Source: an uncultured Sphaerobacteraceae bacterium (lineage in GTDB: Bacteria > Chloroflexota > Chloroflexia > Thermomicrobiales > UBA6265). Taken from it: DNA of 56,647 nucleotides. The translations under genes were made by a program, and so were the position numbers. The stretch lies in NCBI GenBank assembly GCA_964622205.1, contig CAZUPA010000002.1:1-56647 (forward strand). Reading direction: 5' to 3'. Below, in pieces: positions 47,333 through 56,647 of this stretch; the stretch's first letter is position 1, and each line of letters starts with the position of its first letter. The notes under the pieces are model-generated. The model did no database searches. It was given only the letters and a program-made list of their open reading frames with translations, and was not told where the DNA came from.

Positions 47333-49492
47333 TCATACCGGTTCGGCATCCTCTCGGGCGGTAAACAGGAGCATGGTCCTCCCGGGAATCACGATCTCCG
47401 TGCCTTCGCCATGGCGAGTCGAGGCTTTTCCGGTTGGAGAGTCCGTCGTGAGTGTGAGTTCCCAGGTGCGAACCGTGTCTTCCCGATCGACCCTTGGAAG
47501 CACGAACGTCGTTTCGTTTTCGCCAGCGTGAACGATGACCATCCTGGTGGGGACGACGATTGGATTGCCCCCGGCGTCGGTCTCCTCCAGGCTGTCGCTC
47601 GCCAGCCGCATGCCGATGGTTGGACCAGGAGTCGACCAGTCATTGTGAGACATCCTGTTGCCGTCTGGCCGGATCCAGACGATGTCGTCGAAGCTGTCTG
47701 GCGTGGAGGGGCGGCCCTTGAAGTAGCGGCGGCGGCGGAGGTTTGGATCATCCGCGCGGAGCTGGCCGAGACGCCTGGTGAAGTCCAGGAGCGACTTCTG
47801 GTCATCGTCCAGGTTCCAGTCGATCCAACTGATTTCATTGTCCTGGCAGTAGGCATTGTTATTGCCTTGCTGGGTGCGCCCGAACTCATCACCGCCAAGC
47901 AGCATGGGGACCCCCTGGGACAGCATCAATGTCGCCAGGAGGTTTCGATGCTGGCGAAGCCTGAGTTCCTGGATGCTCCGGTCGTCTGTTGGCCCTTCGT
48001 GGCCATGGTTGGACGACAGGTTGTGGTCGTGGCCGTCATTGCCGTTTTCGCCGTTGGCTTCGTTGTGCTTCTCGGAGTATGACAGGAGGTCATTCAGCGT
48101 GAATCCGTCGTGAGCCGTGATGAGATTGACGCTGGAACGTGGGCCGCGGCCGGATGGTTCGTAGATATCCGACGAGCCCGTGAAGCGATAGCCCATTTGG
48201 GCGAGATCCTGGCTATTCGCCAACCAGAACGCACGCGTGGCATCGCGGAACTTGTCGTTCCATTCCGACCAGATGGTTGGGAAACCGCCCACATGGTATC
48301 CGCCTTCGCCGATATCCCAGGGCTCGGCGATGAGTTTGACCTGGGAGAGCACGGGGTCCTGGTGGATCGCGTCGAAGATGCCGCTCCAGGCACTGAAGTC
48401 GTATTCGTCGCGACCGAGCGTCGTGGCGAGATCGAAGCGGAAGCCATCGACATGCATTTCCGAGACCCAGTATCGGAGGCTGTCGAGAATCAGCGAGATG
48501 ACCTGCGGATGCGATGCCCTGAGCGAGTTTCCCGTGCCCGTGAAGTCGAGGTAGAACTCTGGCTTGCCGGGAAGCAGATGGTAATACGTGGGGTTGTCGA
48601 GACCCCGGAACGACAAGGCGGGTCCAAGGTGATTGCCCTCGCAGGTGTGGTTGTAGACGACATCGAGAATGACCTCGATGCGGGCGGCGTGGAAGCCCTT
48701 CACCATCTCCTTGAACTGCGTCACTTCATTTCCGGCGTCGCCACGAGCATAGCCCGCGTGCGGAGCGAAGTAATTGAGCGTGCTGTAGCCCCAGTAGTTG
48801 GTCAGTCCCTTGTCGACCAGAAACGCGTCGTCGACATGCGTATGGACTGGGAGGAACTCGATGGCCGTGACGCCCAGCGACCGCAGGTGATTGGTGATCG
48901 ACGGATGGGCGGCCCCAAGGTAGGTTCCCCGGAGGCCTTCCGGCACGTCCGGATGGAGCTGGGTGAGCCCCTTGACATGGGCTTCGTAGATGACGGTGTC
49001 AGACCATGATGTGCGTGGAGGCCGGTCATCGCCCCAGTCGAACCGGTTGTCGATGACCACGCACTTTGGCATGCTCGAGTCGTCTGGCGCCTCACTCAGT
49101 TCCAGGTCGTCATTTGGCCCTTCGAAGTCGTAGCCAAACACATCCGGTCCCCAAATGACCGCGCCATCGATCGATCGGGCATAGGGATCGATCAGGAGCT
49201 TGGCCGGCGTGAATCGAAGGCCATTCACGGGGTCATACGGACCATGGGCACGAATTCCATAGCGGGCGCCATGCTGGACACCCTCGATCCAACCATGCCA
49301 GACGAAGTTCGTCCTGTCTGGAAGGGTGACGGTGCGGGTGGGCAAGTCGTTTCCAGACTCATACAGGCAAATGTCGATCTGGGTGGCATGCTCCGAATAT
49401 ACGGCGAAGTTGACGCCAGAGCCGACGATTGTTGGTCCCAGAGGAAAGGGGGCGCCTGGACGCACCCCCGATAGGTGATTCTGGTCGATCAT
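47333..49492 (-). CDS. glgX: Glycogen debranching enzyme GlgX (isoamylase-type, GH13)
   Basis: N-terminal PLGPT..GVNFAVYS, then VYNHT, GFRFDLA, EPWD and HDGFTL motifs. Confidence 0.92.
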   Translation of the reverse strand: MIDQNHLSGVRPGAPFPLGPTIVGSGVNFAVYSEHATQIDICLYESGNDLPTRTVTLPDRTNFVWHGWIEGVQHGARYGIRAHGPYDPVNGLRFTPAKLLIDPYARSIDGAVIWGPDVFGYDFEGPNDDLELSEAPDDSSMPKCVVIDNRFDWGDDRPPRTSWSDTVIYEAHVKGLTQLHPDVPEGLRGTYLGAAHPSITNHLRSLGVTAIEFLPVHTHVDDAFLVDKGLTNYWGYSTLNYFAPHAGYARGDAGNEVTQFKEMVKGFHAARIEVILDVVYNHTCEGNHLGPALSFRGLDNPTYYHLLPGKPEFYLDFTGTGNSLRASHPQVISLILDSLRYWVSEMHVDGFRFDLATTLGRDEYDFSAWSGIFDAIHQDPVLSQVKLIAEPWDIGEGGYHVGGFPTIWSEWNDKFRDATRAFWLANSQDLAQMGYRFTGSSDIYEPSGRGPRSSVNLITAHDGFTLNDLLSYSEKHNEANGENGNDGHDHNLSSNHGHEGPTDDRSIQELRLRQHRNLLATLMLSQGVPMLLGGDEFGRTQQGNNNAYCQDNEISWIDWNLDDDQKSLLDFTRRLGQLRADDPNLRRRRYFKGRPSTPDSFDDIVWIRPDGNRMSHNDWSTPGPTIGMRLASDSLEETDAGGNPIVVPTRMVIVHAGENETTFVLPRVDREDTVRTWELTLTTDSPTGKASTRHGEGTEIVIPGRTMLLFTAREDAEPV

Positions 49493-49540
49493 GCGTTGGA
49501 ATAGACCTCGTTCAGTCCTGGCCGACGAGCAGACGCCGAG

Positions 49541-49738
49541 CTACTTGGCAACCGTGTCAGGTTCGCTCGCAACGAACTCAGGCATATCGTCAAGAAGCTG
49601 TACCTGAATGAGTTCAAACGACTCACTCGACGACTGGTACCGTTCCTGAATGAGATGCGCGGCGGTCGCCGCGTCGTCGGCTTCAACTGGTTCGGCCTGC
49701 TCTTCGCCGCCGACCTGGAATCGAACTTCGTACTTCAT
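49541..49738 (-). CDS. Small (65-aa) acidic protein, hypothetical, immediately upstream of glgX
   Basis: MKYEVRFQVGGEEQAEPVEADDAATAAHLIQERYQSSSESFELIQVQLLDDMPEFVASEPDTVAK. AAGGA SD candidate. 48-nt gap to glgX. Confidence 0.45.
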   Translation of the reverse strand: MKYEVRFQVGGEEQAEPVEADDAATAAHLIQERYQSSSESFELIQVQLLDDMPEFVASEPDTVAK

Positions 49739-50014
49739 GTGTTGGTGTCCTTTACGGCCACGCCCTTTCGCGGGCCTTGAACAGGCCCATGCGTGGGGGG
49801 CGACAGGCATGATTAGTCGACAGGGAGTGCGACGGCGGCAATAGAGCGCCAGCCGATCTCACCAGACCATTTTACGACCTGGCGACAAGTGACCCCGGAA
49901 CAGCGCGATGCAACGCGCTCCAGGCTGACCTCGCGGGGCCAGGGCGTTGTACCATCGCACAACAAGGGACCGAGTTCGAAAGGGCCATTCCCAGCAAGAG
50001 GAGCAGCCGCGAAG

Positions 50015-52006
50015 ATGCACCTGGACTTACTTTCACCGGAGGCGCCCAGCAGTATCCTGATCGAGGACGTTCAACCTCAAATCGATTGTGGCAGGTATCC
50101 CGTCAAGCGCGAAGTCGGCGACAGGCTCGACGTCCAGGCCGACCTCTTCCGTGAGGGACATGAGTTACTGTCGGCGGTGCTTCAATACCGCGCGGAGGGT
50201 CACGACGCCTGGGACGAAGTCGAAATGTCGTTCGTCGATAACGATCGATGGGGCGCGGTGTTCGTGGTGGACGAGAACACCTCCTACAGGTATCGAATCG
50301 AGGCATTTCCCAACCCCATTGGGAGCTGGCTCGACGAAGTCCACAAGAAGCTCGACGTCGGTGTCGATATCGCCAGTGAGTTGATCGAAGGCATCCACCT
50401 GTTCGAGGAAATGCTGTCGCGATCGAGTGAGGACGATCGCCTGGTGCTACAGGCGGCGATCGAATCGGCACGAGCCAGCGACGACCAGGCCGCGGCCGTC
50501 GCGGTCCTGGAGCAACCGGAGGTCGTGACCGCGACCCACCGCAATCGATCGCGAAGGGGATACGCACGCTCGCCGGAACTGAAGGTGACCGTGGATCGGG
50601 TGCGGGCGAGGTATTCAGCCTGGTATTCGATGTTCCCGCGATCCGCGGGGACAGAGCCTGGTAGGAGCGCGTCGTTCAAGGATGTCGAGGCCCAGCTTCC
50701 GCGCATCGCCGACATGGGATTCGATGTGCTGTATTTCACACCCATTCACCCCATCAGCAAGTCCAAGCGCAAGGGAAGGAACAACTCCCTCGTCTCCGTG
50801 GCCAGCGATCCTGGCGTGCCATACGCGATCGGCAGCGACGAGGGCGGGCACGATGCGATCCATCCCGAACTCGGCACGATCGAGGACTTCCGGCGCCTGG
50901 TTGACGAAGCGGCGAAGTACGGCATGGAACTAGCGCTCGATGTCGCCTTGCAAGGGTCTCCCGAGCATCCCTGGCTGAAGGACCATCCGGACTGGTTCTA
51001 TGTGCGCCCGGATGGGACGATCAAGTTTGGGGAGAACCCACCCAAGAAGTACGAGGACATGTACCCGCTGAATTTCCAGAGCGATGCCTGGAAGGCGATG
51101 TGGGACGAAATGCTCCGGATCATCCTGTACTGGGTCGACAATGGCGTGAAGATCTTCCGGGTGGACAATCCGCACACCAAGCCGACCGTGTTCTGGGAAT
51201 GGCTGATCGCGCGGGTTCACGCCGGGCATCCGGACGTGATCTTCCTTTCGGAGGCGTTCACCCGGCCCAAGGTGATGAAGGCGCTGGCGAAGGCCGGGTT
51301 CGCCCAGAGCTATACCTACTTCACCTGGCGGAACTTCAAGCAGGAACTCCGCGAATATGGCGAGGAGCTGACGCAGGGGCCGATGAAAGAGTTCTTTCGT
51401 GGTAACTTTTTCACCAATACCCACGATATCCTGCCAACCATCCTTCAGGAAGGGGGGCGGGCCGCGTTCCAGTACCGGGTGGTGCTGGCGGCGACAATGT
51501 CATCCGCGTACGGCATCTACAGCGGATACGAGCTATGCGAGAACACACCAGTCCCTGGCAAGGAGGAGTATCTCGACTCCGAAAAGTATCAGTACAAAGT
51601 GTGGGATTGGGACCGGCCCGGCAATATCAGCGACTATATCGCGCGGTTGAACGGGATTCGCCGGAATCACCCCGCGCTCCAGGAGTACGAAAACCTCCGA
51701 TTCGTGGATACTTCGGATGACAACGTCCTGGCCTATTACAAGGCGACCGGCGACGGCTCGGATGTCGTGCTGGTGATCGTCAACCTCGACCCGTTTCACG
51801 CGCATGAATCGGCTGTGTGGTTGCCGCTGGACCGGTGGGGTATCGAGCACAACGGACAGTTCAGGGCGACCGAGTTGTTTACGGACGAGTCGTTCCTTTG
51901 GACTGGCGGCGAGCAGCGCCTGACGCTCGACCCTACCTCGAATCCGGCGATGATCTTCAGCATCCAGAAGTGGATTCACCAGGACTACGTCGAGAGCGCG
52001 TTCTGA
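50015..52006 (+). CDS. glgE: Alpha-1,4-glucan:maltose-1-phosphate maltosyltransferase GlgE
   Basis: N-terminal IEDVQPQIDCGRYPVKR (GlgE N-domain), FRVDNPHTKP and GH13 core. ATG 50015. ORF-track start 49889 is less likely. Confidence 0.9.
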   Translation: MHLDLLSPEAPSSILIEDVQPQIDCGRYPVKREVGDRLDVQADLFREGHELLSAVLQYRAEGHDAWDEVEMSFVDNDRWGAVFVVDENTSYRYRIEAFPNPIGSWLDEVHKKLDVGVDIASELIEGIHLFEEMLSRSSEDDRLVLQAAIESARASDDQAAAVAVLEQPEVVTATHRNRSRRGYARSPELKVTVDRVRARYSAWYSMFPRSAGTEPGRSASFKDVEAQLPRIADMGFDVLYFTPIHPISKSKRKGRNNSLVSVASDPGVPYAIGSDEGGHDAIHPELGTIEDFRRLVDEAAKYGMELALDVALQGSPEHPWLKDHPDWFYVRPDGTIKFGENPPKKYEDMYPLNFQSDAWKAMWDEMLRIILYWVDNGVKIFRVDNPHTKPTVFWEWLIARVHAGHPDVIFLSEAFTRPKVMKALAKAGFAQSYTYFTWRNFKQELREYGEELTQGPMKEFFRGNFFTNTHDILPTILQEGGRAAFQYRVVLAATMSSAYGIYSGYELCENTPVPGKEEYLDSEKYQYKVWDWDRPGNISDYIARLNGIRRNHPALQEYENLRFVDTSDDNVLAYYKATGDGSDVVLVIVNLDPFHAHESAVWLPLDRWGIEHNGQFRATELFTDESFLWTGGEQRLTLDPTSNPAMIFSIQKWIHQDYVESAF

Positions 52007-52078
52007 TCCGCTGGGATGGGCAGGTGGCCACATCCCGTTGCCGTGAGTCTTCCACGGCGGTTTTCGTTGGAGGGTGAG

Positions 52079-53734
52079 ATGCTGAACCGCGACAACATGT
52101 GGTTCAAGGATGCCGTGATTTACCAGATACCGATGAAGTCCTTCAACGACAGCAACGGTGATGGTTTCGGGGACATCCAGGGCGTGATCGAGAAGATGGA
52201 TTACCTTCGCGATCTCGGTGTGGACTGCCTGTGGATCATGCCCATGTATCCGTCGCCTGGCAAGGATGACGGGTACGACATTTCGGACTTCGTGTCGATC
52301 GACCCCAATTACGGGACCGTGGAAGACTTCGCCGAACTCATAGCGTCGGCGCATTCGCGAGGGATCCGGGTGATCGCGGACCTGGTGATGAACCATACAT
52401 CGGACCAGCATCCGTGGTTCCAGGAAGCGCGGGCGAACCCCGACTCGCCGTATCGCGACTACTACGTATGGACCGACGACCCTGAACAGTACCAGGGCGT
52501 GCGGATCATCTTTACCGATACGGAAACCTCCAATTGGACCTATGACCCGGTGGCGGGGCAATACTTCTGGCACCGGTTCTTTGGTCATCAGCCCGACATA
52601 AACTACGACAACGAGGCACTCCAGCTGGAAATGCTGGATGTCATGCGTTTCTGGATGAACCTTGGTCTCGATGGGTTCCGCTGCGACGCGGTTCCCTATC
52701 TCTTCGAACGCGAGGGCACGATCTGCGAGAACCTGCCCGAGACCCACGAGTTCCTGAGGCGGGCGCGGGCGATGATGGAGGCCGAGTTCCCGGGCGCGAT
52801 CATGCTCGCCGAGGCGAACCAGTGGCCCAGCGACGTGGTGGAGTACTTCGGCACCGACGAGGAGCCAGAGTTCCACATGGCGTTCCACTTCCCGCTGATG
52901 CCGCGCATGTTCATGGCCATGCGCCGCGAACTGCGAACTCCGATCGTCGAAATCATGGAGTCCACGCCAGACATTTCCGACCTGAACCAGTGGGCCATTT
53001 TCCTGCGAAACCATGACGAACTGACGCTCGAGATGGTGACCGACGCCGAGCGTGACTACATGTACTACGAGTACGCCAAGGACCCCCGGATGCGGATCAA
53101 CGTCGGTATCCGCCGCCGGCTGGCCCCGCTGCTCGACAATGGCCGCCGCCAGATCGAGATGATGAACTCGCTCCTGCTGTCGATGCCGGGAACTCCTTGC
53201 CTCTACTATGGCGACGAGATTGGCATGGGCGACAACATTTTCCTTGGTGACCGGAACGGCGTTCGCACGCCAATGCAGTGGTCGACCGACCGAAACGCGG
53301 GCTTCAGCAGGGCGGACTGGGCTCGCCTGTACTTCCCGGTGATCATGGACCCGGTCTATGGCTACATGGGCGTCAATGTCGAGGCGCAGTCACGCACTCC
53401 CACCTCGCTGCTCAACTGGATGAAGCGGATGATCGCCGTCCGCAAGCGCTACAAGGCTTTTGGGCGCGGATCGATCCGATTTCTCCATCCCGAAAACATG
53501 AAGGTGCTGGTGTACCTCCGGGAGTGGGAAGGTGAGGTCCTGCTGTGCGTGGTGAACCTCAGCCGGTTCGTGCAGTATGCGGAACTGGACCTTTCGGAGT
53601 TCGACGGGTGGCAACCGGTTGAACTGGTCGGCGAAATTCGATTCCCCAACATCGGCGAGCTTCCGTACTTCGTGACACTTGGTCCTCATGCGTTCTACTG
53701 GTTCCGGCTGGAAGAATCGACCGAGGGCGAGTAG
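52079..53734 (+). CDS. treS: Trehalose synthase / maltose alpha-D-glucosyltransferase TreS
   Basis: WFKDAVIYQI, GDGFGD, GFRCDAVPYL and NHDELTLE motifs. ATG 52079 preceded by GGAGGGTGAG. Confidence 0.92.
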   Translation: MLNRDNMWFKDAVIYQIPMKSFNDSNGDGFGDIQGVIEKMDYLRDLGVDCLWIMPMYPSPGKDDGYDISDFVSIDPNYGTVEDFAELIASAHSRGIRVIADLVMNHTSDQHPWFQEARANPDSPYRDYYVWTDDPEQYQGVRIIFTDTETSNWTYDPVAGQYFWHRFFGHQPDINYDNEALQLEMLDVMRFWMNLGLDGFRCDAVPYLFEREGTICENLPETHEFLRRARAMMEAEFPGAIMLAEANQWPSDVVEYFGTDEEPEFHMAFHFPLMPRMFMAMRRELRTPIVEIMESTPDISDLNQWAIFLRNHDELTLEMVTDAERDYMYYEYAKDPRMRINVGIRRRLAPLLDNGRRQIEMMNSLLLSMPGTPCLYYGDEIGMGDNIFLGDRNGVRTPMQWSTDRNAGFSRADWARLYFPVIMDPVYGYMGVNVEAQSRTPTSLLNWMKRMIAVRKRYKAFGRGSIRFLHPENMKVLVYLREWEGEVLLCVVNLSRFVQYAELDLSEFDGWQPVELVGEIRFPNIGELPYFVTLGPHAFYWFRLEESTEGE

Positions 53735-53753
53735 TCGACCAAGGAGAGTCTGT

Positions 53754-55145
53754 TTGTCCCCACTTGCCTGGATCCAAGCGCATCCCGACCAGTTTGAGTC
53801 CTGGCTCGTCGAGAGGCGATGGTTTGGCGACAAGTCGCGATTCATCGCGTCGCTGGTGGCCACGGATATCGTGACGGTCGATATCGACGGCGCCGGGGTG
53901 AGTCACATCCAGGTGAAGATCGCGTTTGAAGACGGCGGTGATACGACCTACTTCGTGCCCCTGCGCGCGGCCGGCGACGACCAGCCACGAGACGGCTTCG
54001 AATCCAGCTCGTATCTCGACTGGCTCGGATCCGGATTTGGAGAGCACCGCGTTCTCGCGCTCGGCGATGACCAGAGCGGCCGGATGACCTGGCGAGGGAA
54101 CGCGGCTGCTTCCGAAGACACCTGGGCGGATGCGCCGGCAAGGGTGCTTTCCGGAGAGCAGAGCAACACGTCGGTGCTGTACGGCGACAGATCGATCGTG
54201 AAAGTGTTTCGCAAGCTCCAGGCGGGAATCAATCCCGATTCGGAGATCATCTCTTATCTGAGCGGGCAGGCTGCCTTCCCACACGTGCCTCGATTCGAGG
54301 GCGCGGTGTTCGTGGAGCGCGACGGCGGCGGGCCGGTCGTCGAACTGGCCACGGCCCAGGCATTCGTCCCGAACCAGGGTGACTGCTGGCGGTGGCTGCC
54401 TGGCGCACTGGTCGAATCCGCGGACGATAACAGGGATGGATTGCTGGACTCCATCGGCTTGCTTGGCCGGCGAACCGGCGAGCTTCACATCGCGTTGGGG
54501 CATGGAACAGGCGATGCCTTCGGACCTGAACCGTTCACCGACCACGACGTGAGGGATCTTGAGGACCGTGTCTCACGGGAGGTGCAGCTCACGGCCTCCA
54601 TGCTCTTCCGGCAGGGCGCGCTGTCGCATGGGGAATCCGAAGCGCTGTCGGCGGGACTGCTGGCCGGCGTGATGCAGGCCGATTCACTCGTGGGGTCATA
54701 TCGGACACGCGTCCATGGCGATTACCATTTGGGTCAGGTGCTCCGAACTGGCGACGATTTCGTCATCATCGACTTCGAAGGCGAACCCTCCCGGACGATG
54801 GAAGAGCGGCGCGAAAAGCACTCGCCGCTCAAGGACGTGGCGGGAATGCTCCGGTCGATCGACTATGCCGTCGCGTCCGCGTGCTTCGAAGTGATGCCAC
54901 AGTCGCGAGCCAAACTCCAGAATTGGGGTGTCGATGCCGCGGCCAGATTCACCGCGGATTACCTTGCCGCCGTCCGAGCAGGACATGGCGCGTTCCTGCC
55001 CGCCAATGACCCGGACTTCACCCGGAGTCTCGACCTGTTCATGATCGACAAGGCGCTCTATGAGGTACGCTACGAACTCGACAACCGGCCGGACTGGCTA
55101 CATATCCCATTAGGTTCTCTTCAGAAAATCGCGCAAGCCGGTTAG
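53754..55145 (+). CDS. mak: Maltokinase (Pep2/Mak)
   Basis: RRWFGDKS N-terminus and kinase motifs HGDYHLGQVL and IIDFEGEP. TTG 53754 preceded by AAGGAG (7-nt spacing), 20 nt after the treS stop. Confidence 0.85.
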   Translation: MSPLAWIQAHPDQFESWLVERRWFGDKSRFIASLVATDIVTVDIDGAGVSHIQVKIAFEDGGDTTYFVPLRAAGDDQPRDGFESSSYLDWLGSGFGEHRVLALGDDQSGRMTWRGNAAASEDTWADAPARVLSGEQSNTSVLYGDRSIVKVFRKLQAGINPDSEIISYLSGQAAFPHVPRFEGAVFVERDGGGPVVELATAQAFVPNQGDCWRWLPGALVESADDNRDGLLDSIGLLGRRTGELHIALGHGTGDAFGPEPFTDHDVRDLEDRVSREVQLTASMLFRQGALSHGESEALSAGLLAGVMQADSLVGSYRTRVHGDYHLGQVLRTGDDFVIIDFEGEPSRTMEERREKHSPLKDVAGMLRSIDYAVASACFEVMPQSRAKLQNWGVDAAARFTADYLAAVRAGHGAFLPANDPDFTRSLDLFMIDKALYEVRYELDNRPDWLHIPLGSLQKIAQAG

Positions 55146-55204
55146 GTGGCCTGGAAGTCCAGCACCGCGATCCGATGTGTGCCGTGTGCTAGAGTGACCC
55201 CGAT

Positions 55205-56128
55205 ATGCTCGATTCCCTCGTGCTCGACGCACTCCTTATCGCTATCCTGCTCTTGTTGATTCCCATCGGAATGTACCGTGGAGGGCTGCGAGAAGTCTGC
55301 GTCTCCGCGGGATTGCTCCTCGGTATCCTGGTGGCCAATCAATGGTCGCTTCGGTGGGGCGACACACTCGAAGACATATCTGGCATCGATCTGGGCATTT
55401 CCCGGTTCGTGGCGGCGGTTGGCGCCATCGTCGTGATCGCGGGGTTGGTTGGTTATGGGGCGGCCGCGGCATTTCCGCACAAGCCAGGTCCCGGTGGCAG
55501 GCTGTTCGGCGGTCTAATTGCCCTGGCAAACGGAATTATCTTCCTCGGCGCGTTGATCCAGCTTGGATCGACGTACCTCAACGAGGGAACCTATCCAGAC
55601 ATCATTCGCGAAGCGTACGTGGCCAGGGCATTGTCGGTCGGATTCGACTGGGTGCTCCTGGCGGTTACTTTCGTGGCGCTGGTGGGAATCCTGTTCGGGA
55701 TGGTCGTCCGGGAACGTGATCCAGAGGGTGCGTTCGCGGACCTTCAGGTCGACCAGGTTCAGGCTCCGGACAGGCGACCGATCCGGCCGGCGGTTCCAGC
55801 AGTCGAGCCGGTCAAGACCGAGCCGATTGCGCCTGAACCAGTGCCAGAACCAACCGCGGCGATAAAGATCAAGGAAGTCCGGCATTGGGAAGAGGTTGCC
55901 CCATCGTCGATGGATGATTTGCAGCGCGGCTGGTCCCGGACGTGGCCAGGCACGGTTAAGCAGGTGCAGCCGGGTAGCACGAAGGCGCCCGGGAGCAGGC
56001 CAGCGTCCTATGGCCGAAAACCAGCTCAATCTTCGGATGAGGAATCGGTGATTCGCGACTGGCTGACCGAAGAGTCGTCCGCGGATCGTCCGCGGCGGGA
56101 TCGTTCCCGGCCAGCCTCCGACGAATGA
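55205..56128 (+). CDS. CvpA-family membrane protein with long proline/charge-rich C-terminal tail
   Basis: N-terminal MLDSLVLDALLIAILLLLIPIGMYRGGLREV and four TMs typical of CvpA. About 130 aa of low-complexity tail. Confidence 0.65.
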   Translation: MLDSLVLDALLIAILLLLIPIGMYRGGLREVCVSAGLLLGILVANQWSLRWGDTLEDISGIDLGISRFVAAVGAIVVIAGLVGYGAAAAFPHKPGPGGRLFGGLIALANGIIFLGALIQLGSTYLNEGTYPDIIREAYVARALSVGFDWVLLAVTFVALVGILFGMVVRERDPEGAFADLQVDQVQAPDRRPIRPAVPAVEPVKTEPIAPEPVPEPTAAIKIKEVRHWEEVAPSSMDDLQRGWSRTWPGTVKQVQPGSTKAPGSRPASYGRKPAQSSDEESVIRDWLTEESSADRPRRDRSRPASDE

Positions 56129-56647
56129 TACGGAATCCGGAATGTCAGGAGCCGGACGCCTGGTCGGTGAGCGCCCAGGCGCCAGGAGCGATAGGCGCCA
56201 CAGACCTGTTTCGCAGGCCGCGACACCATACATTCGCGCACCATCCCAGGGCATGCCCGGTTTCACCGGTGGCTCCCCAGTTCCCGACCCCGGGATTCAT
56301 CCCAGTTGACCCGGATTTCGTGTGGTACCGGCTCCGTGTGACTCCTTGAGGATCAGCATGCGCCACACGAACGCCGTGGAGGGAGGGACAGTCCCAGAGA
56401 GCCGCGGGCGAGCGTGTGGCTGTCCTGGCCAGGCGGGCAGGCCTCGCGGCGGACACATGATCGACAGACCTGCCGCGCGGGCCGTCAATCAACACATTCC
56501 CTGGCTGTTTCCGGCTCACCTGTCGCCGCCCGTTCCACCATTGATTGCGCGGATTCCGTATCGGGGGAGCCACGCGCTCGCCGCAGCTCTCTGGGCCGTC
56601 GCCCCAAACGCACGGTCGTCGGGCGATGGGGGTTGTCGTTCCCAGAC

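Noticed and set aside
56230-56340. Riboswitch-like strings on the minus strand: GGGAACUGGGGAGCCACCGGUGAAACCGGGCAUGCCC (cobalamin- or glycine-like) and GGGAUGAAUCCC (ydaO-like).
   Set aside because: Key invariant blocks are absent: the cobalamin CCCGCAACUGUAA and B12 box, the glycine ACCGAAGG, and the ydaO ACCCGAAUCCG order. A minus-strand element here would also point into the 3' end of the convergent CvpA-like gene, so it has no gene to control.

Overview
GC-rich bacterial chromosomal window, densely packed with about 50 protein genes and one tRNA-Val(GAC). I found no rRNA, CRISPR array, transposase, integrase or phage genes. It reads as core genome, not an accessory island. Gene content hints at a Chloroflexota/Thermomicrobia-like or deep Gram-positive-like lineage: GlgE alpha-glucan pathway, GH57 enzyme, DtxR-type regulator, EF-G2 paralogue and frequent ATGA overlaps. 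That is a low-confidence inference. Main blocks in order: (1) PBP5-like carboxypeptidase, tRNA-Val, three small genes, an EF-G2-like GTPase, coaX and an S41 protease. (2) A phosphate module: OmpR-type regulator, pstSCAB and phoU, plus a convergent stand-alone receiver. No histidine kinase is present. (3) A SprT-like Zn-ribbon protein, a membrane protein and a SpoU methyltransferase. (4) A minus-strand metal-uptake operon: binding protein, ATPase, two permeases and a DtxR-family repressor. It has a DtxR-box-like operator and ATGA-coupled junctions. (5) ffh-ftsY, an MFS transporter, radC, an LLM oxidoreductase, add, mreB and an acidic SH3 lipoprotein. (6) malQ plus a GH57 enzyme. (7) An orphan binding protein, an M42 peptidase and a large acidic secreted protein. 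(8) hspR-clpB. (9) glpQ, a CDP-alcohol phosphatidyltransferase, an acyltransferase and yajQ. (10) A NarL-type two-component pair plus a MarR regulator. (11) glgX and a small acidic ORF, divergent from glgE-treS-mak, then a CvpA-like protein. I could not identify a clear-cut novel multi-gene system. The most interesting unexplained items are: a ~265-nt non-coding, apparently structured region with a strong plus-strand terminator between the metal operon and ffh; a winged-helix-like tail on one metal permease; a kinase-less Pho module whose phoU 3' end overlaps a receiver gene; a GlgE locus lacking GH13 glgB, with a GH57 enzyme elsewhere in the window; and an unresolved ~520-nt region at the 3' end. 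The many long ORFs antisense to real genes are treated as GC-rich shadow ORFs. All family assignments come from motif recognition in the supplied translations, not from database searches.
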